A stretch of 64,000 bases of DNA. Origin: Ranitomeya imitator (lineage: Eukaryota). Positions 10,696 to 20,180 of this stretch are shown in pieces (positions within the stretch are counted from its first letter, which is position 1; each line of letters opens with the position of its first letter). The DNA is taken from assembly GCF_032444005.1 (NCBI RefSeq), contig NC_091290.1, forward strand, positions 146,630,001 through 146,694,000, in the 5' to 3' direction. Below the pieces are notes generated by a model. It saw only the letters and a list, made by a program, of their open reading frames with translations, searched no databases and was not told the DNA's origin. A program made the translations under genes and the position numbers.

Positions 10696-13600
10696 ATACA
10701 TATACACAGGTGATCAGATGATCGCAGCTTCAAGTCTCTTGAGGGGACTATAAAGTGATGAAAAAAGGTTAAAAAAAAAAAAAATTAAATGCAGTTTGGT
10801 ATTACTGCCAGAATAATAGTTGTTTGGTCACCGCAGTAATGAGCAACAAAAAAATCGTATCTACCCAAAAATGTCAATAAAAACGCCGGCTCAGGGCGCC
10901 AAGAATAATCCCTCGCCCATCCCCCAAAAATGGAGATGCTACAGGTCTCTGAAAATGGCCACAATTTATTTATTTATTTTTTGTCACCACCTGATTAAAA
11001 GAAAAACAAACAAACCTGCATGTTTGGTATCTGCATCCTCGTACTGACCCGGAGAATCAGTAACAGCTCAGTTTTACCATATAGTGAAGAGCGTAAATAA
11101 AATACTGTGGAATAATATATATATATATATATATATTTCTCTGATGGCCCATGACGGCACCACGGAGAGAGGGGATCCGCCCACCAAGGACAGGAAACCT
11201 ACGGATAAAAAGGCGGTACCACTCTCCTGCATCAGTTGGTTTCCTGTCCTTGATGGGAGACCTACGGACTTACCAGTTCGTCGTTGGATCCGGGGCCAAC
11301 CAGTCCGATTCAGGCAGCTGGGGTCCCTCTGCCTCGGCTAGGGTGGTGACCCGAAGCGCCACCGCTGGGAGCCAGTGGGCCGACAGGGTGTGCGGGGGAG
11401 GTGACAAGGAGTTCGCGGTCACCTCCCCAGGTAAGATGCAGCAGCGGCAACATCCAGGGGGGTCCCTCTGTGGTTGCGGGAGGTGCAGCACGACCCTCCC
11501 TAAATCAAGCGTCAGTCTGCACACTGCATCGCCATCAGGCGTGCAGGTATTGTGCTACTGGGGCTGCATAGGACCGGGGGTGCCGGTCAGCAGCGCATAT
11601 CTGCTTCCGGGCGCTGCTTTGCGCAGGCCCGGTATCCAGCTGGGTCTCGCGAGGTCTGCAGAGCGCCGGTATGCGCCGGCGGGGCTTCTGGCCGGGGCGC
11701 GCTCTGCGCAGGCGCCGGCGTGGCTCCAGCCGGGCGCTTGGTGTGCATTGCGCAGGCGCCGGGGGTGCTTCTGAAGCCGCCGGTATGTTTCGGCGGGGCG
11801 CTTGATGCGCACTGCGCAGGCGCCGGCGGGTCTTCCGGTCGGATGGCGCGGATTACCGCTAGAGCGTGTTTTTTGAGTCGGATTACTGCGCAGGCGCCGA
11901 CCGCTCATATGATCAGTCGCTACTGCGCAGGTGCAGGGAAGCGGCGGGAGGGTTCAAATAGTAGAACCCTCATCCTCTTGGTGGCTCTGCAGTTAGGCAG
12001 GAGCTTCAAGGGGAATAGGAGCGACAACTCAGCCGAGTTCAAGGCAGCAGTATGAGTGACCCAGCATCACCTCCGCCCGAATCACCTCCACCTGCAGTAT
12101 CGCCACAGCAGCAGCAGCAGCAAAAAAGGCGGCAGCAGAAAGTGCACCAGGACACCAGCAAAGAACGCCAAAGGTCTCAACACAGTAAGGAGTCCAGTAC
12201 GGCGTCGGGGAGAAAGCCAGAGGCAGAGAACCCCCAATCGGTATTTATGGGTCCTGGAGGTGGTAAGTGGATCTTCGTGAATGTCAGAGACAGTAAGATT
12301 GTTATTTGTCTCTTTTTAGGGGAGGAAAAGCGTAGCTAAAACTAAACACAAAAGTTGCGCCATCTGTAGAGAGGACCTTCCACCTACATGTGATAAAAGA
12401 CTATGCAATACTTGCATTCAACAAACTGTGTCTGAAAACCTTCCAGGGTTTGCTTCAGATCTTAAGAGCCTAATTAAAGAACAAGTAGAGGACACTTTTA
12501 GGTCACTAAAAAGTGGAAAAAAAAGGAGAAAGACCAGGCATAGGTCTCCATCTCCAGCCTCAAAATCCGAAAGTGATAGTGAGAGTTCAGCGTCCTCCGT
12601 CTCCTCCGACTCATCCTCATCATCTACTTCTTCCTCGGGGGGACATAACTGTTTCCCACTAGAGGATACTGATGGCCTCATAAAGGCAGTAAGAAGCACC
12701 ATGGGGTTGGTAGACTCCCATCCTAAAAAAACAGTACAAGACATTATGTTTGGAGGCCTAGAACAGAAAAAGGGGAGAGCTTTTCCGCTTAACGAAGCAA
12801 TTGCAGCCCTAATTAAGAAGGAATGGAAAAAGCCCATGAGGAAGACTCTCTTAACTCCAAAAAGGAAATATCCCTTCGAGGAAGAATCGTGCTCCTTTTG
12901 GGAGAAGGCCCCGAAATTAGACGTGGCAATTGCTAAAGCCTCAAAGAAATTTGCCCTCCCGTTTGAGGACATGGGGGTTCTGAAGGACCCAATGGACAAA
13001 AAGGCAGATGCATTTCTCAAGGGCTCTTGGGAGGCAGCGGGAGGAGGCCTGAAGCCGGCAGTTGCAGCTGCATGCACTTCGCGCTCCCTGATGATCTGGC
13101 TGAACCAGCTAGAGGGTCAGTTAAAGGGGAAAACTTCCCGAGACTCAATTCTGGATACATTACCCGTAATGAGGGGGGCTGCGGCCTTCCTAGCCGATGC
13201 CTCGGCCGACTCCATCAGGCTATCCGCCAGAGCAGCAGTGTTTGCTAATGCGGCCAGGCGCGCCCTCTGGCTTAAGAATTGGCCAGGCGACCTACAAACG
13301 AAAACGAAACTCTGTACCATCCCCTGTGAAGGGGAGTTTCTGTTTGGGTCGACTCTAGACGACATCTTAGAGAAAGCCGGGGACAAGAAAAAGTCCTTCC
13401 CCTCTCTGGGTCTCCCCTCTTATCGGAAGCCCTTTCGGAACAAGAGGTTTTTCCGTAAGAACCCAGGGAAAGGCCAGGGGAAGTGGGACGATAAGAAAAA
13501 TAAAAATAAAGGATTTATCTTCAATAAAAACCTCAATGACAGCAAGAAACCTCCACAATGAAGGTTCACCCCAGGTGGGAGGGAGATTATCTCTCTTTCT

Positions 13601-16600
13601 CCCAGCCTGGAAAAAGATCACCTCCAGTCATTGGATCCTAAACATCATAGAATCAGGACTGAGGTTAACATTCAAGAGGTACCCTCGTCCCTCCTTCAAG
13701 GTAACATCTACCAGATCCTCAGCAGAAGAACAGTTAACTCTAGAAAACGAGATTGTGGGGTTAGTAAAAAAAGGAGTACTCCTAGAAGTTCCCCCTCAAG
13801 AAAGAGGGCAAGGGTACTATTCCCCTCTATTCCTGAGGAAAAAACCAGATGGTTCCTTCAGGACCATTATCAATCTGAAGAATCTAAACAATTACTTAGA
13901 GGTTCAAGCATTCAAAATGGAAACGATAAAGTCATCAACCAAAATGCTGTTTCCTCAGTGTTTCATGGTGGTCCTGGACTTGAAGGACGCATATTATCAC
14001 GTCCCAATACACAAGGATCACCAGAGATTCCTCAGAATGGCAATCCACATCAAGGGAGTCCTAAGACACTTCCAGTTTACAGCTCTTCCATTCGGCCTAG
14101 CAATAGCCCCGAGGGTTTTTACAAAGCTGGTCGCGGAGGTAATGGCTCACCTCAGGGAAGAAAACACCCTGATCGTACCATATCTGGACGATTTCCTGGT
14201 GATAGGCTCCTCCCAGCAACATTGCAAGAATCAGCTAGATTTAGTGATTCAATCTCTAAAAAACCTGGGCTGGCTAATAAACCTAGAGAAATCCAAACTG
14301 GTGCCTTCTCAGGTTCAGGAGTACCTAGGTCTCCCTCTAGACTCCAGAAAAATGGAATGCCGGCTCCCAGAGGGCAAATTACAAAAGATAAAAAGCTTAG
14401 CATCAAGAGTACAATCTCTCCCCTCTATAACTCTCCGACAGGGCATGTCACTGTTAGGCTCTATGACCTCTTGCATCCCGGCAGTCCAGTGGGCCCAACT
14501 ACATTCCAGGGATCTCCAATGGCAGCTACTGTCCGAGCAAATCCGCCTAGGAGAGCATTTAGACGGGCGGTTAACATTGTCTCCTCGCACCAATCTCTCT
14601 CTAACTTGGTGGACATTGCAGGAAAATCTTTCCCAGGGAGTTCCATGGGTAATCCCGATATCAAAGGTCCTAACCACGGACGCAAGCCCCTCAGGGTGGG
14701 GGGCTCATCTGGGCGACCTTGTAGCTCAGGGCATTTGGTCCCCGTCCCTTGCAAACAATTCCTCCAATATGAAGGAACTCCTGGCAGTAAAATTTGCCCT
14801 TCAGGAATTCCTGGGGGTCCTTCAATCTCACCATGTGAGGGTGATGTTGGACAATCAGGTGGTAGTATCGTATATAAACCATCAGGGGGGTACCCGTTCC
14901 AAAAGTCTAATGGAAGTGGCCAACTCGATCCTTCAGATAGCCGAAAACAACTTTCTATCCCTGACAAGCCTACACATAAAAGGGATAGACAATTACAAGG
15001 CAGACTTCCTCAGTCGTTCCAGCCTAAAACAGGGAGAATGGGAACTAAATCCAGGCATATTTACCCAGATCACTCAGAAATGGGGGGTTCCCAAAATAGA
15101 TCTCTTCGCGAGCCATTTAAACAAAAAATTAGCCGCCTTTTGCTCTCTATCTCCCATGGGGAACCCAGTAGCCCTGGATGCTTTCCTGATTTCTTGGGGT
15201 CACCATCTGGTCTATGCCTTTCCTCCTCTCATTTTGATTCCAGCAGTGCTGAGGAAGATTCGGGAGGACGGGGCGTTGGTCATATTAATTGCCCCGTTCT
15301 GGCCGAAGAGACCTTGGTTCTCATGGATGAGAAAGTTGTCGATATCCGACCCTTGGGTATTGCCAGACCTACAGGATCTGTTGTCACAGGGCCCAATCTA
15401 TCATCCGCGGGTCAAGAACTTACACTTGACAGCCTGGCTCTTGAGAGGAAAATATTAGAAAGCAGAGGGTTCTCTTCAGGGTTAATTTCAACTCTGTTGA
15501 AAAGTAGGAAGCCGGTTACAACAAAACAGTACGGCAAAATATGGAAAAAGTTCCTGTCCGTTTCAGGCGCTAAAATAGGGAAAGAAATTCCTATTAATGC
15601 CATTTTAGAGTTCTTGCAAAACGGGTTGGAAATGGGGTTAGCCACCAGTGCCCTAAAAGTCCATGTGGCAGCATTAGGTGCTCTATTTAATTTTGACTTG
15701 GCTTCAAATAGGTGGGTCTCTAGATTCATTAGGGCGGCAGGAAGATCTAGGCCTCTGCCAGTAAAAGTGGTTCCTCAGTGGGACTTAAATTTGGTCCTTA
15801 AAGCCCTGACTAGTCCTCCATTTGAACCATTACATGAATCTACAATAAAAACGCTATCCCTCAAGACAGCTCTTTTAGTCGCCCTTACTTCTGCCCGTAG
15901 GGTCAGCGACTTGCAGGCCCTTTCAGCCAGGCCTCCTCACACACAATTTCTAGAGGATAGGGTTGTTTTAAAAACAGACCCAGCATATCTCCCGAAAGTG
16001 GCTTCAAAATTTCACAGGTCTCAAGAGATATCTCTTCCCTCCTTCTGTCCCAATCCCAAAAATAAGGAGGAACAAAATCTACATACACTAGATGTAAGGA
16101 GATGTCTGTTACATTACCTAGAAGTCACTAGAGAGAGTAGGGAGGATTCCTCTCTGTTTGTGTGTTTCCAGGGTCCCCGGAAGGGGAAAAAAGCATCTAA
16201 AGCCACCATAGCAAGATGGATCACAGACGCCATCAGTCTATCATACTCAGCAAGTGGGATGCCCGTTCCCGGGGAGGTTAAAGCTCACTCAACAAGGGCA
16301 GTAGCAACTTCCTGGGCGGAGAAGGCCGGAGCTTCCATAGACCAGATATGTAGAGCTGCTACCTGGTCCTCACCATCCACACTCTATAGGCACTATAGAT
16401 TGGACCTAATCTCCTCTTCAGACCTTACTTTTGGTAAAAGGGTTCTGGAGGCGGTGGTCCCTCCCTGAATGTACTATCTATGTAATTCTCTCCGTGGTGC
16501 CGTCATGGGCGATCAGAGAAAAATATAGTTCTTACCGATAACGGTATTTCTCTGAGCCCATGACGGCACCCGTACATTCCCTCCCTTCACTTATGGGTGC

Positions 16601-19374
16601 ACACATGGAATAGTGCCATAGTCTATTATAATTTAAAGTCACGCGGTATCTTGTTATGCTAAACAGTTAAAATTTTTACAAATGTCTTAGTAGTCTCCCA
16701 TCATTATCTATGTAAACAACTGATGCAGGAGAGTGGTACCGCCTTTTTATCCGTAGGTTTCCTGTCCTTGGTGGGCGGATCCCCTCTCTCCGTGGTGCCG
16801 TCATGGGCTCAGAGAAATACCGTTATCGGTAAGAACTATATTTTTTTTTTTGGCAATTTCACCGCACTTTTATTTTATTTCCCCCCCCGTTTCTCTGTAC
16901 ACTATATGGTAAAAATTAATGATGTTATTCCAAAGTCCAACTCGTCTTGGAGAAAACAAGCCCTCGCCCAGTTATGGCTCTAGGAAGAGAACACTGGAAA
17001 TTGCCCAGGGGTGAAGGGGTTAAGCGCTTTATGGCCAAAAATCTGTGATCTAGGGGAATAATAAATTTGTGGTAATCCAGGTTTTATTTTTGTATTTTTT
17101 TTTTTTTTTTCTAGTTACGAAAAAGACGTTCCGCTGTTTAAGAGCAAAGTGGTAGACAGTGTTAAACTATGCAACAGCCACTTATTCGACCAGCCGAAAA
17201 TGGAGGATCCCTATGCAATTACGTGAGTGATCGTCCATGTATACAATAAATCCTGTCCATACCATGAGGGCACCGGCCCAACATGCACGCTCAGATCGGC
17301 TGATCATCCATCCATGTCCATGCTATGAGCGCACTGCGCATTGGCCCAACATGCACGCTCAGATTGGCTGATCATCCATCTATGTCCATGCTATGAGCGC
17401 ACCGTTCACCAACCCAATGTGCACGCTCAGATTGGCTGATCATCCATCTATGTCCAAGCTATGAGCGCATTGTGCACCAACCCAATGTGCACGCTCAGAT
17501 TGGCTGATCATCCATCTATGTCCAAGCTATGAGCGCATTGTGCACCAACCGAATGTGCACGCTCAGATTGGCTGATCATCCATCCATGTCCATGCTATGA
17601 GCGCACCATGCACCAACCCAACATGCACGCTCAGATTGGCTGATCATCCATCTATGTCCATGCTATGAGCGCACCGTGCACCAACCCAACATGCACGCTC
17701 AGATTGGCTGATCATCCATCTATGTCCATGCTATGAGCGCACCGTGCACCAACCCAACATGCAGGCTCAGATTGGCTGATCATCCATGTCCATGCTATGA
17801 GTGCACCAACCCAACATGCAGGCTCAGATTGGCTAATCATCCATGTCCATGCTATGAGCGCACCAACCCAACGTGCACGCTCAGATTGGCTGATCATCCA
17901 TCCATGTCTGTTTCAGGAGGTTGAGCGCTGGAGGCGACTCTTGCAGAAAGTAGCTCTATGCTGAATCAATGGTGTTAGGGGTGTTGGGGTCCATTATGAA
18001 TTCTTTAGTGTCCTCCCGTGAATTCCCAGTATGGTGACCTTATTGTTTCTCACCACATTTGCAGCTTGTGATGTTACTAGAGAAATAGGACTTGTCACAT
18101 CAATGCCAATCTTTTATTATGGGGGGTCTGTATTTTATTTGCTGCCGTTTGTGCACCTGGTGGGACGCGTATAGAGAGAGCGACGGCGTATAAGTCGTTC
18201 CCCCAGGTCACTTCTGTTCAGTTCTTCTGGTGCATTTTGTTAAGTTCACGTCTGATTATTTCTATTTATTTTTTTCCCCTTTTTTCTAGGTTTTCGCCCT
18301 GGAATCCTACACTACATGATGAAGCCAGAGAGAAAATGTTGGCACAAAAAGTATGAGTATAATACAAGCAGTAACGCAGCCGCACCTGTCCGTTATTTCT
18401 GCCGTGTTCTGGATTAATGGGGGGCCATTTATGTCTTGCCACATTATCTCAGGGTTAAGACCCCACAGACCTGACCCTCGAGGTTTTTAAAAGGGCAGAA
18501 ATGTGTGTTCATCGACTCGAGTGCACACGCACGCAGCCCTCAAAGGGTCAAACAATTCTCTTACGAACGCTGCTCCTGCGGGTCTGTGTCCTGCTGCCCA
18601 TGCACATGAGCGCTTCAGCCATCAATGGCGATGCCTTCATGTACGCCGCCAGACTGCTGAGGACAGTGATCGGCTGCAGCGGTCATATGCAAAAGATCAA
18701 GGGCAGGAGTATCGAGCGGTATCAGAAACTGGGCCCGCACTGTACCTGGCAGTCGTCGGCTACTGATGGGTCATAACGGCACCTGGGGGTCCGGCTAACG
18801 TCTCCATGTCACTGCCACCTAAGCCCTCCTATTAAGGCAAGCCTGTGGGCATCCCAGGAGTGGACGAGTGATGAAATGATCACCGGCTCCAGTCCCTTAG
18901 GAGGAATAAAAAGTAAAGTAAAACTAAGTTTTAATTAAAAAATAAATTCTACATAATGCTATGATGATGAGTGGGGGGGTTTGTGCTGCGACCACCACCA
19001 ATCCTATGACTGAAGCACTGGTTTTGATGCTGCCGGTCTCTATAAGACCCCTGTGCTGTGGCCCCCCCAGCTATTAATTATTGGGGTTCCCATTGATTAA
19101 ACCTGTACTGATCATAAAGCAAACACAATATCGTCATCCGACGAGAATGTCACTGGATTTCTTTATTAGTTGTGCACCGGTACTGATTATTGATCTGAAC
19201 ACGACCCCTAGGCGCAGTTTCCTGCTGGTATCGGTGGTTCAGCTGCATTTTTTGTTTTCTACTTAGAGGAAATCTGAGGAGCAGAATAGAAGCCTCCATG
19301 CGACTGGTCTGTCCTGGGTGAAGCCCGGATCCGTGCTGCCGTTCAGTAAAGAGGAGGCGGTTTTGCAGACCTAA
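8481..19374 (+). CDS. AKTIP: AKT-interacting protein (FTS), a catalytically inactive ubiquitin-conjugating E2 variant; 292 aa
   Basis: Exon join: 8481-8522, 8653-8858, 9392-9456, 9537-9637, 9708-9796, 10033-10131, 17115-17222, 18290-18350, 19267-19374. All introns are GT-AG, phases are consistent, and the total is 879 nt. The protein reads [98 protein letters not shown], recognised as AKTIP from memory of the family. Confidence 0.97.
12320..13561 (+). CDS. DIRS ORF1 (gag-like), main exon; N-terminal Cys-rich motif and Ser-rich region
   Basis: The frame is open from 12320 ([32 protein letters not shown]) to the stop at 13561. The C-terminal part ([33 protein letters not shown]) is typical of vertebrate DIRS gag. 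No in-frame ATG precedes the Cys motif, and the likely first exon starts at ATG 12052. Confidence 0.85.
   Translation, partial: GRKSVAKTKHKSCAICREDLPPTCDKRLCNTCIQQTVSENLPGFASDLKSLIKEQVEDTFRSLKSGKKRRKTRHRSPSPASKSESDSESSASSVSSDSSSSSTSSSGGHNCFPLEDTDGLIKAVRSTMGLVDSHPKKTVQDIMFGGLEQKKGRAFPLNEAIAALIKKEWKKPMRKTLLTPKRKYPFEEESCSFWEKAPKLDVAIAKASKKFALPFEDMGVLKDPMDKKADAFLKGSWEAAGGGLKPAVAAACTSRSLMIWLNQLEGQLKGKTSRDSILDTLPVMRGAAAFLADASADSIRLSARAAVFANAARRALWLKNWPGDLQTKTKLCTIPCEGEFLFGSTLDDILEKAGDKKKSFPSLGLPSYRKPFRNKRFFRKNPGKGQGKWDDKKNKNKGFIFNKNLNDSKKPPQ
13536..15458 (+). CDS. DIRS ORF2: reverse transcriptase, RNase H and methyltransferase-like domain (640 aa)
   Basis: RT motifs: [33 protein letters not shown]. 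RNase H motifs: TTDAS, KELLAV, DNQ, ADFLSR. MT-like C-terminus: IDLFAS, YAFPP, APFWP. No stops. Confidence 0.96.
   Translation: MTARNLHNEGSPQVGGRLSLFLPAWKKITSSHWILNIIESGLRLTFKRYPRPSFKVTSTRSSAEEQLTLENEIVGLVKKGVLLEVPPQERGQGYYSPLFLRKKPDGSFRTIINLKNLNNYLEVQAFKMETIKSSTKMLFPQCFMVVLDLKDAYYHVPIHKDHQRFLRMAIHIKGVLRHFQFTALPFGLAIAPRVFTKLVAEVMAHLREENTLIVPYLDDFLVIGSSQQHCKNQLDLVIQSLKNLGWLINLEKSKLVPSQVQEYLGLPLDSRKMECRLPEGKLQKIKSLASRVQSLPSITLRQGMSLLGSMTSCIPAVQWAQLHSRDLQWQLLSEQIRLGEHLDGRLTLSPRTNLSLTWWTLQENLSQGVPWVIPISKVLTTDASPSGWGAHLGDLVAQGIWSPSLANNSSNMKELLAVKFALQEFLGVLQSHHVRVMLDNQVVVSYINHQGGTRSKSLMEVANSILQIAENNFLSLTSLHIKGIDNYKADFLSRSSLKQGEWELNPGIFTQITQKWGVPKIDLFASHLNKKLAAFCSLSPMGNPVALDAFLISWGHHLVYAFPPLILIPAVLRKIREDGALVILIAPFWPKRPWFSWMRKLSISDPWVLPDLQDLLSQGPIYHPRVKNLHLTAWLLRGKY
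13631..16468 (+). CDS. DIRS ORF3: tyrosine recombinase, overlapping ORF2 in another frame (true start uncertain)
   Basis: The C-terminal half carries the YR catalytic motifs [22 protein letters not shown] and RHY. The track start is TTG; the first ATG is near 14356. Confidence 0.9.
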   Translation: MDPKHHRIRTEVNIQEVPSSLLQGNIYQILSRRTVNSRKRDCGVSKKRSTPRSSPSRKRARVLFPSIPEEKTRWFLQDHYQSEESKQLLRGSSIQNGNDKVINQNAVSSVFHGGPGLEGRILSRPNTQGSPEIPQNGNPHQGSPKTLPVYSSSIRPSNSPEGFYKAGRGGNGSPQGRKHPDRTISGRFPGDRLLPATLQESARFSDSISKKPGLANKPREIQTGAFSGSGVPRSPSRLQKNGMPAPRGQITKDKKLSIKSTISPLYNSPTGHVTVRLYDLLHPGSPVGPTTFQGSPMAATVRANPPRRAFRRAVNIVSSHQSLSNLVDIAGKSFPGSSMGNPDIKGPNHGRKPLRVGGSSGRPCSSGHLVPVPCKQFLQYEGTPGSKICPSGIPGGPSISPCEGDVGQSGGSIVYKPSGGYPFQKSNGSGQLDPSDSRKQLSIPDKPTHKRDRQLQGRLPQSFQPKTGRMGTKSRHIYPDHSEMGGSQNRSLREPFKQKISRLLLSISHGEPSSPGCFPDFLGSPSGLCLSSSHFDSSSAEEDSGGRGVGHINCPVLAEETLVLMDEKVVDIRPLGIARPTGSVVTGPNLSSAGQELTLDSLALERKILESRGFSSGLISTLLKSRKPVTTKQYGKIWKKFLSVSGAKIGKEIPINAILEFLQNGLEMGLATSALKVHVAALGALFNFDLASNRWVSRFIRAAGRSRPLPVKVVPQWDLNLVLKALTSPPFEPLHESTIKTLSLKTALLVALTSARRVSDLQALSARPPHTQFLEDRVVLKTDPAYLPKVASKFHRSQEISLPSFCPNPKNKEEQNLHTLDVRRCLLHYLEVTRESREDSSLFVCFQGPRKGKKASKATIARWITDAISLSYSASGMPVPGEVKAHSTRAVATSWAEKAGASIDQICRAATWSSPSTLYRHYRLDLISSSDLTFGKRVLEAVVPP
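17273..17908. repeat. 68-bp minisatellite (10 copies, some shortened); 9 units carry a CCAAT box on the - strand, the first has a variant
   Basis: AGATTGGC recurs at 17361, 17429, 17497, 17565, 17633, 17701, 17769, 17826 and 17883, with a variant at 17293. Confidence 0.93.
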
Positions 19375-20174
19375 AGTTGATGGCACAGGACCCAGCGGAC
19401 TCGGATTTCTTAATGATGGCGGTGACTGTGCGGAACGACCCGGGGAGGGACGGCGCGCGCTCCTCCATAAAGATCAGGCTTTCAATTTTATCTTGTGGAT
19501 TTGGATTTTAACTCAAGCTGGAACCGACGCGTTTTATTTCTAGTTTTATTTATGTTTCTTTATCTAAAGCTGCAGGAGAAGCTGAATGTTTGCAGAAGGC
19601 TGGGGGGTGGGGGGTCTGCATTTGTTTTCGGGGGTCCTCCCCTTCCCCAGGAATCGCATGCACGCTGCGGGATGTTTCCCCTCCTTTCTTGGACGTTGCT
19701 GGCTTGCATTGGATGTGGGTCTCGGTGTCTGGACGATTTCTAAAGGGGCTTGATGAACTCTACGCTGCGTATACCAGAAGTCTGTAGTACAACGGTTTTA
19801 ATAATGCCTTTACTTTTGTTGTGTACATACAGTTAGAATATTAAAATTGTAAATACGTGTTTGATAACTCCACATCTAGCACTTTTTTTGGGAGGGGTTG
19901 CAGTTTAGAAAACTACGTCATGGTGTTCCCGAGTCCTGCGCAGACTGGAGGCGGACATGTTTGCCAGTGGAACCAGCCCGGCTGCTGGTTGTTTTTAGTT
20001 TTATTTTATTTTGCTCCGCCCACAAAATGGCCGCTCCAGGCGTGCAGCGGGGCTCGGTACGTTTCATTGGTGGTGGCGTCACAAGCGCACATCAGTCTTG
20101 GTGAGAATAATCCGTCATTTGCAGAAATGGGGGGAAATGTAATTATTTTTTTTTTTAATTTGTGTTTTTTGTTC

Positions 20175-20180
20175 AATAAA
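20175..20180 (+). terminator. Candidate AKTIP polyadenylation signal AATAAA
   Basis: AATAAA lies ~800 nt after the stop, with T/GT-rich sequence nearby. Its use is not verified. Confidence 0.5.

Larger units (their letters stand above)
11136..16845 (+). mobile_element. Structurally complete DIRS1-type tyrosine-recombinase retrotransposon (~5.7 kb) in AKTIP intron 7
   Basis: The left ITR (~11136-11238) is the reverse complement of the right ITR (~16717-16817), which continues in an extension to ~16845. The internal complementary region (~16487-16570) pairs with both outer ends. It carries open gag, RT/RH/MT and YR ORFs. Confidence 0.96.
10349..17019 (-). mobile_element. TTAA-flanked non-autonomous piggyBac-type element (~970 bp) split by the DIRS insertion
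   Basis: TTAA at 10345-10348 is followed by CTCCTT, and AAGGGG is followed by TTAA at 17020-17023. The reverse complement of 16846-17019 resembles the start of the element at 50946. Confidence 0.65.

Noticed and set aside
13536-16468. RT, methyltransferase and tyrosine recombinase as a prophage, retron or bacterial defence system
   Set aside because: The ORF order, overlap, ITRs and ICR match a DIRS1 retrotransposon, and the element sits in a spliceosomal intron.
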